DNA of 64,000 bases from the NCBI RefSeq assembly GCF_006345805.1, contig NC_043012.1, positions 9,486,001-9,550,000 on the forward strand, in the 5' to 3' direction. Each line of letters opens with the position of its first letter. The stretch's first letter is position 1. The notes below the pieces were generated by a model. The model ran no database searches, was not told the DNA's origin, and saw only the letters and a program-made list of their open reading frames with translations. Below, piece by piece: positions 1 through 13,443 of the stretch. The DNA comes from Octopus sinensis (taxonomy: Eukaryota). The translations under genes were made by a program, and so were the position numbers.

Positions 1-32
1 TAGTACCAATAGTACTGAAGTATTTTAAACAT

Positions 33-346
33 TCGATAAACATCGCCCTTTTCAAGCCTGGCCAGGCTCATGGGACCGGTTTCCCGGTTTCTGTGACGTA
101 TGTACTCCCCCCGGCTGGACGGGACGCCAGTCCATCGCAGCGTTACTCAAGAAACAGGAAGAGAGAGAGAAAAGTTGTGACGAATGAGTATAACAGGGGT
201 CACCACCACCCCATGCCGGAGCCTCGTGAAGCAGCTTTTAAGGGTTTTCACTCAATAAACATACACAACGCCCGGTCTGGGAATCGAAACCGCGATCCTT
301 CGACCGCGAGTCCGCTGCCCTAACCATTAGGCCATTGCACCTCCAC
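33..346 (-). mobile_element. tRNA-derived SINE (head type A, tail type X) with exact 16-bp TSD
   Basis: Minus strand begins ggaggtgcaaTGGCCTAATGGttagggcagcggactcgcggtcgaaggatcgcGGTTTCGATTCCc (Pol III A/B boxes). Flanked by direct repeat gaagtattttaaacat (17-32 and 347-362). Same head as 18775. Confidence 0.9.
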
Positions 347-389
347 GAAGTATTTTAAACATGGAATTAAATAAATGTCAAACATTTCA

Positions 390-1940
390 GCGGATACAAA
401 GTGAAGAACATCTCCATAAAAAGAGAATCATTCCAAGTAGACTTTACCCCTCCCTCTGCACATGATTTTTTTATTATCTGGCATCAATTACTTGCTTGAT
501 ATGTTAAGCAAGAATGGAGCACGCTAAGATAGATACGTGAATCTAATGAATGACCTTCACGATGAAATCAGATTTCTGCAGATGATAAAATAACTAGACA
601 TACTGCTGCATATAGTACACAGATTTACTAAAGAAAATGATATAACATTCGGATAAGAAGAGTTCCGAAGATAAATTAATGAAGAACTGTAAATTCGGAT
701 CTAACGGTGACATGTCACAATCATGACAGTATCAGGTATAATATCCTGCTCTATCTATTACGGTTTCTTAGACTTCAGTTACAAGTGAAATCAAAGTCAA
801 ATTTATAAATAGTTACTTGGTGTCGATGAATAAATTAGCAAAGTGTTGGTTTTGACTCCTATCCCTCACTTTCTTTCTCCCGCTTCGCACCATGAGACGA
901 ACTAGACATATTAAAACACACAAACGTAGGCAAGAGTTAGAAATGTTGAGATATTCTGCTCCCTTTCTGAAAAGACACTGTTAGTACTGCGACACTGGGT
1001 CTGTGGATGTTTGCTGTGCAGAATGAAGAAAGAATACTGTCGGCAGCCATGGTTACAAAAATGGACCGAAATAGTAGGAGGATTCAACTAGAAAAAGAAC
1101 AGATCAAAAGATAAAAGGGAAGGTTTACTTCATGGCCAATTCATGCAACAAACGGAGAACATTGGAAGTAAATATCAATGGGTCTGCTTGATAGAGGGGA
1201 ACTTGGAATGAGAGACAGAAACGCTAATTATAGCCGCTCAGCCCTAAGAAGAAACACAAAAATGGCAAAAAATCTCAGTCAGACAACAAATCTAGCATCT
1301 GGAGCAAACGAGATTGAAGTATCGATTACATTTTCAGTGAGTGCAATATACCACCACAAAAGGAGTATAAACGCATTGATGAATGTGTAAGCAAAAGAAA
1401 GCACTGAAAGGAGACAAGTATGTAGCTGTAAAACAACAGAAAAGTTGTATGAATATGAACCAGATCTTGTGTTATAAAATGATAATTACAAGATCTTGTG
1501 GAATTTCCCCATAAAAACCGATTATACTCTTGAAACAAGAAGACCGGATTTGATCACAGAAAACAAAATAAACAGAGACAGATCATAGCTTTTTCAATTC
1601 TATGTGATAGCTGAGTCGATACCAAAGAAATTAAACAAATGAGAAATATAACAATCTAGGCAGAGAACATTGGAGTCGGTGGAAGACCAAGACAACAATT
1701 ATTCCTGTAGCAATTGGTGCATTTGGAACATTACCCAAAATGCTACCTAAAATATTGTATGAGATTGAAACTGAAACTAGCATGGTCGACCTGCAGCAAA
1801 GTACTATATTATATTCTACAAGAATCTTACTGAAATTTGAGGAGTCTTGTTACCAGATGTCAAGATAAAATACCTGCTAATTAAATGAGCTTGTACTAGC
1901 ATAATAATGATAATAACAATACTACTACTACTAATAATAA
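390..1940 (+). mobile_element. Degenerate 3' part of an R4/Dong-type (restriction-like endonuclease) non-LTR retrotransposon
   Basis: Manual translation gives KILWNFPIKTDYTLETRRPDL (~1491-1555) and WKTKTTIIPVAIGAFGTLPKMLPKILYEI...DLQQSTILYSTRILL (~1680-1835), matching the RLE C-terminus of R4/Dong elements. Ends in an (AAT)n tail at ~1901-1940. Frameshifted, and the 5' boundary is approximate. Confidence 0.8.
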
Positions 1941-1944
1941 TTCA

Positions 1945-2100
1945 GACACAAGAGCGATAATTTTGAGGGAAGGGAATTAGTCATGTATTTGATTTTATCT
2001 ATATATTTGATTGGTACCACACGTTATCGATTTCACTGGAAAGGAAAACAAAACTGATCTCGGCGGCGGATTTCTCTGCAGAAGGTAAAGAGCTGGAATA
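1945..2100 (-). mobile_element. Degenerate copy of SINE family C
   Basis: Partial match to family C (ttggtacc...ttatcga...aaaggaaaac...ctcggcgg..attt); compare 47165-47376. Confidence 0.5.
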
Positions 2101-3237
2101 AAAACATCAAATTAATGTTCTGGATGCTATAACAATTCTACTTGAAAAATGTAATGATTCTGTTTCAACGGTTTTTAACCCAAAATTGTAAAGCAATAAC
2201 ACCAAAACAATAAAAAGGATATAAAGAAAATTGAAGTAAAATTTCAAATGGAGTCGAGATGCATGTTTAATAAGTGAATCAAAGAATTAATTTATTCAAA
2301 AAATGGAAATGAGTCTGTTAAAAGTTGATTCATCATTTTGTATGCGTGTGAGTGTGTTTCTGTGTGTCTGTGGTTGATTTTTTTGTTTTTGAAGTGATGG
2401 TCATTAAGAATGGTAAATACTCTCACTTTTAATGTCATTTTCTTCATATATTTGGCATTGAAATATTAAGTCAGTTTTTACACCAAAAGTCCAAACAACA
2501 TTTAAAAAGAGACATGGAAATTGATAAAGAAACATAGCTCAAGCGAATGCAAAATATCCAGTTTTCGGTGGCACGACGACAGTGCGGATTAGAAATATCT
2601 GTTTTAAAACTGATTTTGCACTGAGAAAGTTATTGATTATATCTTTTAACACAAAAATCAAACTAACAAAACGAAACGAAAGAAAAAAATAAGAAATAAA
2701 CAGAAAAAACAATGGAAAAAATAAAAGCAATTTAGAATTCATTCTCGAAATATATTTTTCATTTGTGATTTTTTGTTAACATTTATATTTTTCAGATTTT
2801 TTTTCATTTATTGTAACATTACTGGCTCATAATCTTCTATTTGTTGAATACAAGAATCACGTTATCACAGAGTTGATGACTTGCTGCCGAAATCCATTAA
2901 GACATCTTTTGCTCTCTATCCTTTTCTCTCTGTCTCTATCTTTTTCTCCAATGCCGAAGAACAAGCATAAAACAAAACAAATCACATTTCAAACAGGTTA
3001 ACAATTGAATGTATTAATACGATTGTTGATTTATTATATTTATTACAAGAGTTACAACTTTGAGATTCAGGACATTTTTACGAAATGTTCGTTTGATGAT
3101 CATTTGCGAGACATATATATTTGAAGACACACGCAAATATACATTTTTAGGTATATATATAAGCACATATGCATATATAAACACACGTAGAATGATATTT
3201 ATAAATACCTCTCTCTCTCTCTCTATATATATATATA

Positions 3238-3291
<54 letters not shown>

Positions 3292-3327
3292 TATATATTA
3301 TATATATATATATATATATATGTATAC

Positions 3328-3380
<53 letters not shown>

Positions 3381-3382
3381 TA

Positions 3383-3600
3383 TTAATCAATTAATCAATT
3401 TAGGGTAGCAAAAAATTCAATAGAAATTATTTTGCCACCAGCGGTCTAGTGAGAAAGAGGAAATAGTCAGAGACTATGAATAAATTCAGCAACAATCGAG
3501 GAACGGTTACAATAGGCCGTTCGACCCACCAGAAATAGCTGCTGGCTGCTATTTCTAGTGGGTCGAACGGCCTATTGTAGCCGTTCCTCAATTGTTGTTG
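3383..3600. mobile_element. (TA)n-embedded foldback element with ~53-bp inverted arms
   Basis: Arms 3487-3539 and 3548-3600 differ by 4 transitions. Unpaired head aatttagggtagc...ccagcggtctagtgagaaa. TA tracts on both sides. Confidence 0.75.
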
Positions 3601-4420
3601 TATATATATATATATATATTTATACGTACAAACATACATACAGAGAAAGTTGTGCAATGTATTGGGGAAGATTTTACTGAATATTTCTAACAAAGTCTTG
3701 ATACTCTGGACAAGAGCAATCTATTCAAAACCTCTTCACATATTTCGGAACCTCGTGTACAACAGAACGTATTTTGCAGCCATATATATATATTCCATTT
3801 GGAATGTACAGAATACTCAAAACTAACATAATTTAAAATCAAATTTCAAATTTTAAATTTCCAATCCCTATCCTTGACCATAAACCATAACCCCATATCT
3901 GGAAAGTGCAAAGAAACAAGATTTATACTGATTGATGGCATAACATATTTGGGTAATGTTTCATAATAATTAGTAAATCTCGTTGATCATGAAAGTATTA
4001 TTCTAAAGTTTAACTGATAAACAAATATCCTTGAATGTACTTACGTGGTTCTTCTCAGGAAGAACCACGCAATTAAAATGGTTATAAACGAGGGCGATAA
4101 TTAAATACGTCCCCCAGTTTACAAATCTTAACAGTACTTGGATAGTTTTAACATAATTCATGTTGCCACAAGCATTCGAACCAGCTTTATATTTGCCTCT
4201 CACAGAGATATATCATTCTTGTTACAGTTCACGCATCAACTGAGTTAATCTCCAGAGTTTGAGTAGAGTACAAAAGTCAGAGTTACTGCCGCTTGCTAAC
4301 TCACCAACTCAGATATACATACATACATGCATGCAGCATACATACATACATACATCATATATATACGTATATATATATATATATATACGTATATATATAT
4401 ATATACGTATATATATATAA

Positions 4421-4513
<93 letters not shown>

Positions 4514-4524
4514 TATACATATGT

Positions 4525-4939
4525 AGGCTCAGGAGTGGCTGTGTGGTAAGTAGCTTGCTAACCAACCACATGGTTCCGGGTTCAGTCCCACTGCGTGGCA
4601 TCTTGGGCAAGTGTCTTCTGCTATAGCCCCGGGCCGACCAATGCCTTGTGAGTGGATTTGGTAGACGGAAACAACTGAAAGAAGCCTGTCGTATATATGT
4701 ATATATATGTATATTTATGTTTGTGTGTGTGTTTGTGTCTGTGTTTGTCCCCCTAGCATTGCTTGACAACCGATGCTGGTGTGTTTACGTCCCCGTCACT
4801 TAGCGGTTCGGCAAAAGAGATCGATAGAATAAGTACTGGGCTTACAAAGAATAAGTCCCGGGGACGAGTTGCTCGACTAAAGGCGGTGCTCCAGCATGGC
4901 CGCAGTCAAATGGCTGAAACAAGTAAAAGAGTAAAAGAG

Positions 4940-4940
<1 letters not shown>
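4525..4940 (+). mobile_element. Abundant tRNA-like SINE family A (internal microsatellite, (AAGAGTAA)-type tail)
   Basis: Starts aggctcaggagTGGCTGTGTGGtaag...GGTTCAGTCCC and ends gaaacaagtaaaagagtaaaagag. Near-identical to about 10 other copies in the window. Confidence 0.92.
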
Positions 4941-4971
<31 letters not shown>

Positions 4972-5413
4972 TAAATAATAGACACACACGAACACACACA
5001 CACCCACACATATACATATATACATATATTCACTGTGTAAGATGTTATGGACCAAGAATTACTTTGAAGCAAATATATCAATGGAATTAAGTAATAAATC
5101 ATTTCTTTATAACTGTATAAGCTGTCATTGTCGACCAGACGCTTTCACACAATTAAAAGGTTTTTTTCATGATAATTATGTGTATTTGTTTCAATACGAC
5201 GGCCATATTTCTTTGAAATATCCTCTAACGACAGCTATGATTTCAGAGAAACGTGCGTGTTCGTGCGTTGCGTGTCCGTGGGTGTAAAATAGTAATTGGC
5301 GTGGATGCAGTGCGTCAGCACCACGTTAGTAAACTTATACGCATAAAATATATCATATATATATATATATATATATACGCTTAAAATATATTCATATATA
5401 TATATATATCTGC

Positions 5414-5479
<66 letters not shown>

Positions 5480-5543
5480 AATAATAAATATTAGGGAATA
5501 AATCCATTGCCTAATAGTGGTTTTGTCTCTAATTTAATATAAT
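5480..5543. mobile_element. Minimal internally deleted member of the foldback family seen at 11375 and 22453
   Basis: Only the head aataataaatattagggaataaatcca joined to the terminal taatagtggttttgtctctaatttaatataat, between TA tracts. Confidence 0.7.
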
Positions 5544-5557
5544 ATAATATATATATA

Positions 5558-5610
<53 letters not shown>

Positions 5611-5705
5611 TATATATTCATATATATATATATACACATATATATATATACAATATATATATATATAATATATATATATACATATATATATATACATATA
5701 TACAT

Positions 5706-5742
<37 letters not shown>

Positions 5743-6616
5743 GTGTGTGTAGACACACACACACAATATATATATATATGATTGCATCATCTTGGCAGAT
5801 GATAACCGTTCCATCAAAACACACTGCACTCCATCGCACTGCCCAATCCCTCCGCTGATGAACCCTCAGATGACTTTTAAGACCAGCTGCTGACTGACAA
5901 TCTTTAAAATAGTAAGTGACAGATATTCGATATTCTTCTACATCGCTGCGCTTTTGAATCTGATTCTGAAGGAATGTTCTTGTGAACTAGCATATGACTT
6001 TAAAGTCCAGATATTGTCTTACAAGTTTTGTGACATATGACACAAGTTGTAAGAGGCGGTTGAGGTTCAAGATTATTACCTACCTAGGCATTTTGATTTT
6101 CATGTGATTTCCTATGATTCACGTATCCTGCTTTTGATCACGATCACACACAATACATATGGAATTTTCACTTTTGATTTCAGTTCCAGTTGTTTCATTC
6201 CGTCGTATCTACGTTCAATTACATGTACGTATATATCTTGCAAATATACTTACATACATGCATTCGCACGTACATATGTATATACATACACACCTCACAC
6301 ACTTAAGTAAAAAAAAAGTCTTTGGTGTAATAAATATTTCAACGGGAATGTTCGAAGCCGAAAGTCTAGTTCTACACATAATCCATTATCCTAGGTTCTT
6401 CGTTGACGTTCTAAAGGTTTATGCATAAAATATTTAGAATATCGAAAACAAGCTGGATTTAATCGCAGCATTTTCCATTGGTGTAGAGAGGGAAATAGGC
6501 CCAAAGCACAAAATTATTGGTGTCTCTAACTATACAATATGTGCTACCAATGCTCAACTCGTTACCATTTAAACTGGTCATATCTGGCCAAATATTCTAC
6601 CTGTTTTACGTTCAGA

Positions 6617-6795
6617 CCATCATCATCATTGTTCGACCGTGGTCGAGACAATGGAATTTACCATGCTACGCCAGACTTCACGGTCCATCATGGCATTACG
6701 GAGGTCCTGTTGCTGGATGCCTGTATCCCTGGAGATTACATCAGGGTAGGAGAGTGTGCACCCTCTGGTATTGCGAGTAGATGGCTTCCAGACCA
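6617..6795 (-). mobile_element. 3' terminal fragment of an RTE-like LINE
   Basis: Minus translation TRNTRGCTLSYPDVISRDTGIQQQDLRNAMMDREVWRSMVNSIVSTTVEQ* carries the RTE-type ..DR..WR C-terminus, followed immediately by an (ATG)n tail. Confidence 0.7.
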
Positions 6796-8148
6796 ACTAG
6801 ATGTGGCCTCTCCTCACACCTATCATACAATGTCATTCTAAAAAATAAATGAGCACATCATTAAAGTATCAATACAATGAGATAATGCTTGACTAATTCA
6901 AAATAATGTCAGCAAGTAAGCTTTATATTTGATAGAATAATCTGAATCTTAAGGAGCTAAGTTTTGATTAAAATATACGATTAAAAGATGCTGTGAACCT
7001 CGATTGTGTGACACAAAAATATTGCACCAAACTTAATAAGTTATGTTATACATTTTCTCTTACATCAAGCTAATAGCACAAGATGCATTTGCCACGCTCT
7101 TAATGATACCGACATCTAGGATACTCGACTGCTTAAAAGGGAAAATACGTTCCGCAGATATTAAACCCTGTAAAATTCTGACATCATTTGCAAATTTCCA
7201 CAGAAACAGTGACATAGACATACTCTATCTCAGTAGTAAAGAGAAGAGAGCAGGCTTAAAGTGAATATAAACTTTGAGTGCTATATGGTAGCACTCAGAA
7301 GTCATCAGTTTAATAGCAGAAAAATTAAATACATTAATCAAATGCTCAAAATGACGTAAATAACATCTTACGAGTTTGTAGTGAACTTCTTACAATCAAT
7401 CACCTCGAATGACTACTGATAATAATCTGTAATAGCAGAATTATAATATCTCTGTAATGATCTGGAAGGGAAACACTCTGATTACCACAAGTATGTTATT
7501 ATGACTATGGTCCCCGTAAACTTGAAAACGATAATAATATTAACACGAATTATAACCTTAATACGATTCGTGACCACTATTTCATGTCACAACTCAAATT
7601 GTAATTTTTACAGTCCATCAGAAAATAATGGTCCCGAAATATCTCTTGAAGAAACGAGACAACGAAGCCACGAAGAACATAATACATGTAATCACTAGCT
7701 GCGAAAAAAATATCACGTAGACTATATTCCACTGCGACATTATGTGGTTGTTTTCTATCGAAAAGTCTACGTTAGGATTAATATAAACGATACTTCTGGT
7801 ATAGAATAATTACATTCATATCAACACAAGTATTTGTGGTGGAATATTCCGTCACAATTTCTACTAAGAACAACATAAAAGACATGACATAGTTATTTGG
7901 AACAAAAGAAAGACATGCACTTTCATAAAAGTTTGTTGCTTTGCAGATGTGAATATCTCTTCAGCAATTAGCCAGAAAGAGAATATCTGTGGACAGCTAC
8001 TTCGAAACCTGCAACTGCATCTACCTTAGTTGTTAGTAAGAGTCTAAATGACAATCTGGATAAGTTTAGCGTTTCAATCTGACAAAAAACCCTGCTAAAT
8101 CATGATTTAGAGCTACAACTTGTAAGAGGAAAATTAAAAATATGCAAT

Positions 8149-8553
8149 AGGCGCAGGAGTGGCTGTGTGGTAAGTAGCTTGCTAACCAACCGCATGGTTC
8201 TGAGTTCAGTCCCACTGCGTGGCATCTTGGGCAAGTGTCTTCTGCTATAGCCCCGGGCCGACCAATGCCTTGTGAGTGGATTTGGTATACGGAAACTGAA
8301 AGAAGCCTGTCGTATATATGTATATATATATATGTGTGTATGTGTGTGTGTTTGTCCCCCTAGCATTGCTTGACAACCGATGCTGGTGTATTTACGTCCC
8401 CGTCACTTAGCGGTTCGGCAATAGAGACCGATAGAATAAGTACTGGGCTTACAAAGAATAAGTCCTGGGGTCGATTTGCTCGACTAAAGGCGGTGCTCCA
8501 GCATGACCGCAGTCAAATGACTGAAACGAGTAAAAGATTAAAAGATAAAAGAT
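8149..8553 (+). mobile_element. SINE family A copy
   Basis: Full-length match to 4525-4940. Confidence 0.92.
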
Positions 8554-9686
8554 TAATATTTTCTTAAAGTTTCATGGGTAACAAACATTGTTATCTAAAT
8601 TCTAGTGGTTGAGCTTTATTTCTTTTGTAGAAAAAGGTTGCTTCTCGGAAAAATTCTACTAACTGATAAATATAAAAATGTGAAGACATACATATACACG
8701 CACGAAAACACAAGTATTCACTCAGAAATATGATTATATATACGTGAGTGTATGCTTGTGTGTATGTGCGTTTCTTCGTTCTATATATAATTAAAACATA
8801 ATCAGTAGATATTCTGATATATTTTGTTATATTTACTGGTCGTAATAATATTATATTATTACGTCCAAGCAATACGTCCAAGGCAAGCTGATATAACATA
8901 TGAAACTTAGAATATATTCATAAAATAAATGCACATCAGAAACCTGAGAACAAAACATAAATATAATTTATATTCACATCAACGCATCATTGTTGGAGAA
9001 AAAAGCTAATATCTGAAATGTCAAGGGTATTGTTTCCTCTCCCTGCATTTAAAACTGACTTTAACGACATCTATTTTTGTTTCTCCAAAACTATTTATAT
9101 ATAACATCTTCCAGACAATACTATCCGCTTCACTGAGTTCACATACTCATAAAAAAGCATTTATTCACAAAAATAACAACGCTGTCAATAACTTCATTAG
9201 CTTATAACAGAGTTCCGGGATGTACACCACCAATGATAAAAGCGAATAACAGAATAACAATAGTTATGCTACAATGAAATCGTTTCAGCCGAGAGTCATA
9301 TAAAAACAGATTGATCGGTGGAGGGAGACGGGGGTGTCATTTGATTACCATTGGTGTTCAGTGTAGGAGATGGAGTCATGCATTATATAACAGTAATACA
9401 TTTGTGGATAGCATATAGTCGTTCCACACACACACATACACACGCACATGTATATATATATATATATATATATATACAATTATACATATATATAAATATA
9501 TATAAGTATTTATATATACATACACATATGCATGTATATATATATATTTACATATATATATTCATGTATATATACATACACATACACACATATACATATT
9601 TATATATGTAGAAAATGGATACATACACACGCCCACGGTTATATGTATATATGTATATATATACATATACATGTATATATATTTAT

Positions 9687-9732
<46 letters not shown>

Positions 9733-9800
9733 TATATATATATATATATATTTATGGATATATATATATATATATATATAATATATATATATATATATAG

Positions 9801-9834
<34 letters not shown>

Positions 9835-10439
9835 TATATTTTTATGGATATGTATGTAAAATTAACAACGGAAATAACAAGGGAAACAAAATAACAGGAA
9901 AGACAAAGTATAATTTTTACTTTGATCCTCAAGGAAGAGAATTATGCAGAAGTGTCTTTGACGTTTCGGACTTAGGATCTTCTTCAGATATACACTCAAA
10001 AGGTTTAATTAGAATAAAAGTAAGATGATACTAATAAAGAAATAAAACGCATTTAAAGTACCATGTAATTATTAGAGCGGAATATGTGCTTCTATTCACG
10101 TTCATTGTATATATATTTTGTTATAATAACATAATTACTTTACATACTGAGGTCTAATCTTATAAATATAAATGATGGCTATTGATATTCTACATCACAG
10201 AATATTACTGTACTCACAGACCATTAACCAGTTTGCACATGTATAATATTAGTCTTTGCTGCATAATAATATTCATTTATATTATCATGAAATAAATTCA
10301 AATGAAATTTAACAATAATTTCACGTCGTTTCTGCTACTTTCTTTGGTTACTATAAAATCGAAAGCAATCAGAGATATTTACCATTTTACTCTCCACTCA
10401 GTGAAACATGGAGTTGGTAAGAGCTACTCGGATGGCACA

Positions 10440-10561
10440 CAATATCTGAAGTGAAGTGCCTCTTCCAAGGAAACCACACGCCCGCCTGTCCGGGAATGTA
10501 AACCAAAGCCTTCTATATTTGTGAGGTGAGCAATCCTAATAATAACACAATGCTCCTTCAC
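10440..10561 (-). mobile_element. Degenerate tRNA-SINE head (type B)
   Basis: Minus strand gtgaaggagc...ggtttacattcccggacaggcg...ccttggaagaggcacttcacttca resembles the head at 51297. Confidence 0.4.
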
Positions 10562-10618
10562 AATTTATGCGTTGATACACAAACATACACACAAACATAA
10601 CACATACACATGCATGTT

Positions 10619-10656
<38 letters not shown>

Positions 10657-11309
10657 CATATATACACTCGTGGGCATACACACATCTACATGCGCATGCA
10701 GTTGCATGTGTATATATACAGTAGAAACGCTCCGAGGAAGATGCAAGGTGATGCACTATCACTCAGCTCTTCATATAGCAGAAAGAGCTGTAAGCCAATG
10801 CAGTAGGTTACGTTAATCGTGTCATCTCAGTATTCCATAAACTCGTACTTCGCTTTGTATTCGTCAAACGCTTTATTGTGAAGCAAATGAAAATTGGGTT
10901 CTGACATGTTATAAGTATCGGTATGACTCAGAGATAATAATATATACATACATGAATGAATGCAGACATACATACATACACAAAAACATACAGATATATA
11001 TATGTGTGTGTGTGTGTGAGTGTGTGTGTGTGTACATATATACATACGTACACATATATGTGTGTATGCATTTACGCATATGTACACACACACATATATA
11101 TGTGTATATATAGTGAGAATTTACAAAAAAGCCCAAAAGACGAGACGGGTGTGTAAATAACAAATAGATGTATTTGTTTAATTATTGGGAAGTGAGAAAG
11201 TCTTATACCATTCGATCCTACGCTCTTCGACAGAAAGGAACACAGAAATAAACAGGGATATAAAATGAAATAAATAAAAGGGTTTGTTGCTAGCGATCTA
11301 TCATGCATG

Positions 11310-11359
<50 letters not shown>

Positions 11360-11559
11360 TACATATATATATATAATAATAAATATTAGGGAATAATCCA
11401 AATTTACAGGGAAAAATCAGATTTAGGATTGAATTCAATTTTATAGTAAAATATAATATTATATTAAATTAGAGACAAAACAACTATTATGCAAATCAAA
11501 CAAAGAAAGACTTAAGCCAATACATAAAATAATTTATATAAATTAAATTTAATTAAAAT

Positions 11560-11613
11560 AACCACTACGATCGTTTCGTGTCAGCACTTCTATGAGACAT
11601 TCTTCAGGTGGTT
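11560..11613 (-). ncRNA. Type I hammerhead ribozyme
   Basis: Minus: aaccac CTGAAGA atgtc-loop-gacac GAAA cgatcg TA gtggtt. Perfect 6-bp stem I, palindromic stem III, A-C mismatch at the base of stem II. Confidence 0.8.
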
Positions 11614-11677
11614 TCAAAACCTTCTTTGCAAGTTTTAAACTATGAACTTAGTTTAAAACTTGCAAAGAAGGTTTTGA

Positions 11678-11731
11678 AACCACCTGAAGAATGTCGCATA
11701 GAAGTGCTGACACGAAACGATCGTAGTGATT
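11678..11731 (+). ncRNA. Type I hammerhead ribozyme (mirror copy)
   Basis: aaccac CTGAAGA atgtcgcatagaagtgctgacac GAAA cgatcg TA gtgatt. One mismatch in stem I. Confidence 0.75.
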
Positions 11732-11825
11732 ATTTTAATTAAATTTAATTTATATAAATTATTTTATGTATGGCTTAAGTCTTTCTTTGTTTGATTTGCA
11801 TAATAGTGGTTTTGTCTCTAATTTA

Positions 11826-11900
<75 letters not shown>

Positions 11901-12971
11901 ATATATATCACCCACCCATTTTGAATTATATAGATAATACCAGACTAAATTCTGGTGCCTTTGACTTAAGTACCTTATTCATCTGCATCTATCTCTCTCT
12001 ATATATATGTATGTGTATTTAAATACCCACACATATATACATATGTATAAATATACATGTGTATGTGTGAGTGTGTGTTTGCTCGTGTGTGTGGGTAAAC
12101 AAATTTGACCTTCTCTTGCTGGGTCCTGACAAAGGACAGTCCCTATGGCATTGGAAGCGTAGGTAGACCCTCCTTGTCCGGTCGGATCGATAACGTTAAT
12201 GTCCCTCTTGAATCCTTCTTTCGAAGTTAAAATCTCAAGAAAAGATTCAAGCAGAGAAGGGCACCAGAGCGATGACCTTCTTGGAAGGAAGTATGCGTAG
12301 TGTTTAGCGTGGGGCCACGTTGGGGGTTTAGACACAATAAAAATAATGAGAACAGGAAGGACAAATAGTGCAGAGATGGTACAAAACTTGCCACCTCCGG
12401 AGACTAAATGCTGTTATAAGAGCGATAAAAAGAAGGTAAAAGGAGACAAGATGATTGTGTGCCAGAAGCGTGCTGACTGACTGATGAGTCGGATAGCCTT
12501 TATCTTGATATGATCTACGATGTTTGTGTAAGCAGCTGCAACACTGTACAGTGTGTGACAGCAATAATGCATTTTCGACCACACCTGATCTTTGTAGAAT
12601 GTTCACTAATTGTTGGGGCTAAAGTTATTCTGTGGTTGTGAAGAGAAAGACCAGTTGTTGGGGCGTTATTTTCTGTATTTTAAGGATATACTTTAGTGAG
12701 AACCAAAATTTGCAGGTTGGTGCTGCAGATGATTAAAATATGTCTGTTATGGCGATGTTTTCTGAGGTATGCACATACTCAACACAAATACAAACTCACA
12801 CGCACACACATAAATACATAATACACATATATAGGTGCATGTATATATGTATACACACATATACATATATACATTTATATATAAATATATATATACACTT
12901 ATTCATATACATACATATATATGTGTATATTATATATATATATGTATATATATGTGTATATATATATATAG

Positions 12972-13048
<77 letters not shown>

Positions 13049-13201
13049 CACTTGTAATTGTATCAGTCACTGATAGAAAGTGAGTTAATATATATTTAAC
13101 TCCATAAATATTTTCAATATTAAAAAAAAGAATGCGTGATATTTTTTGTTAAATATTTTTTTATCAGTGTTGTGCGCAGTAGTTATTTCTGCTTTTTCTA
13201 T

Positions 13202-13207
13202 TTTATT
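13202..13207 (-). promoter_or_regulatory. Candidate polyadenylation signal of the GPCR
   Basis: AATAAA on the minus strand ~240 nt after the stop codon. The context is AT-rich, so this is weak. Confidence 0.3.
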
Positions 13208-13443
13208 CTGAAAGAAAGATAGAATGGCTCTAAGACCACACAGATAAGCGACAAATAACATATTCAAAATTAATGGTTCACAAGTTAAAAAACACCGAAA
13301 AAAAAAACGAAATTCGCTCATTGCTCTCTCGTTTGAAACCAGTTCAGACGCCCAACATCCGCTCTTGTTTCATGAATTAATACTATGAATTTACTGAGCA
13401 TAATTAATCTACATACATGTGTTTAAAACAATGTCTGGAAAAT

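Larger units (their letters stand above)
11375..11834. mobile_element. (TA)n-embedded palindromic (foldback) element, probably derived from a Penelope pLTR
   Basis: ~80-bp unpaired head, then arms 11456-11642 and 11649-11834 with about 4 differences around a 6-nt loop (tgaact). Each arm holds a hammerhead core. Confidence 0.85.

Noticed and set aside
4763-4978. Recurrent ORFs [12 protein letters not shown].. and ..[18 protein letters not shown].. (also 8370, 24141, 45075, 48932)
   Set aside because: They recur because they lie in SINE family A copies. They are not a protein family.
7000-8100. Possible ancient LINE remnant
   Set aside because: Composition is suggestive, but no RT or endonuclease motif could be read with confidence. 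Needs tBLASTn.
12100-12740. Possible degenerate Penelope fragment (minus-strand ILQRSGVV resembling the GIY-YIG entry; ctgacaa..ggaca/tgtcc resembling an HHR)
   Set aside because: Motifs are incomplete and no GAAA/NUH is in the right place.
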